Shown here piece after piece: positions 63,917 to 64,000 of a stretch of 64,000 nucleotides of DNA (its first letter is position 1; each line of letters begins with the position of its first letter). The position numbers and the translations under genes are program-made. A model generated the notes under the pieces. It was not told the origin of the DNA. It ran no database searches and worked only from the letters and a program-made list of their open reading frames with translations. The stretch covers positions 77,146 to 141,145 of the forward strand of contig CAWACR010000008.1 in NCBI GenBank assembly GCA_963780675.1. The letters are read 5' to 3'. This DNA comes from an uncultured Actinomycetota bacterium (GTDB lineage Bacteria > Actinomycetota > Actinomycetes > Actinomycetales > JAHECE01).

Positions 63917-64000
63917 GGGGTCCCATCTGGGAACTGAGGAGGACGGTCGACGTCGTTGTCGCCGCATTCATCCGGGCGGGACAGGACCAACGGTACCGGC

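Overview
Very GC-rich chromosomal DNA from an actinobacterium. Gene content and promoter style suggest Micrococcales (inference). In order: a partial Zn-dependent dehydrogenase; an alpha-galactoside/galactose cluster (ABC transporter, galK, galE, GH36 alpha-galactosidase and a eukaryote-type UDP-glucose pyrophosphorylase, but no galT) with three LacI regulators; SixA; an LLM oxidoreductase; a DUF222-HNH gene; acyltransferase; M20 peptidase; CDF transporter; FAD oxidoreductase; pirin; a circularly permuted ATP-grasp/alpha-E plus transglutaminase operon; TerC; NUDIX; TetR; GlsB; LmeA; a CopD-CtaG fusion; a 2-oxo-acid dehydrogenase E1a/E1b/E2 operon; an aminotransferase; a holin-family protein; a WXG100-like plus lipase-like gene pair; LMW-PTP; purB; and a complete coproporphyrin-dependent heme cluster. 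The heme cluster is interrupted at about 48.4-55.2 kb by a decayed defence island: a 25-codon hsdR tail, AbiEi-AbiEii, hsdM-hsdS, a broken radC and a second DUF222-HNH gene. Both DUF222-HNH genes share an identically spaced DNA-damage promoter architecture. Several long palindromic REP-like elements occur, one in frame inside hemG. Many genes carry single-base frameshifts, densest at 0-7.7 kb and 33-37 kb. These are most likely long-read consensus errors, so coordinates of those genes are approximate. No rRNA, tRNA, CRISPR array, integrase or transposase was recognised.
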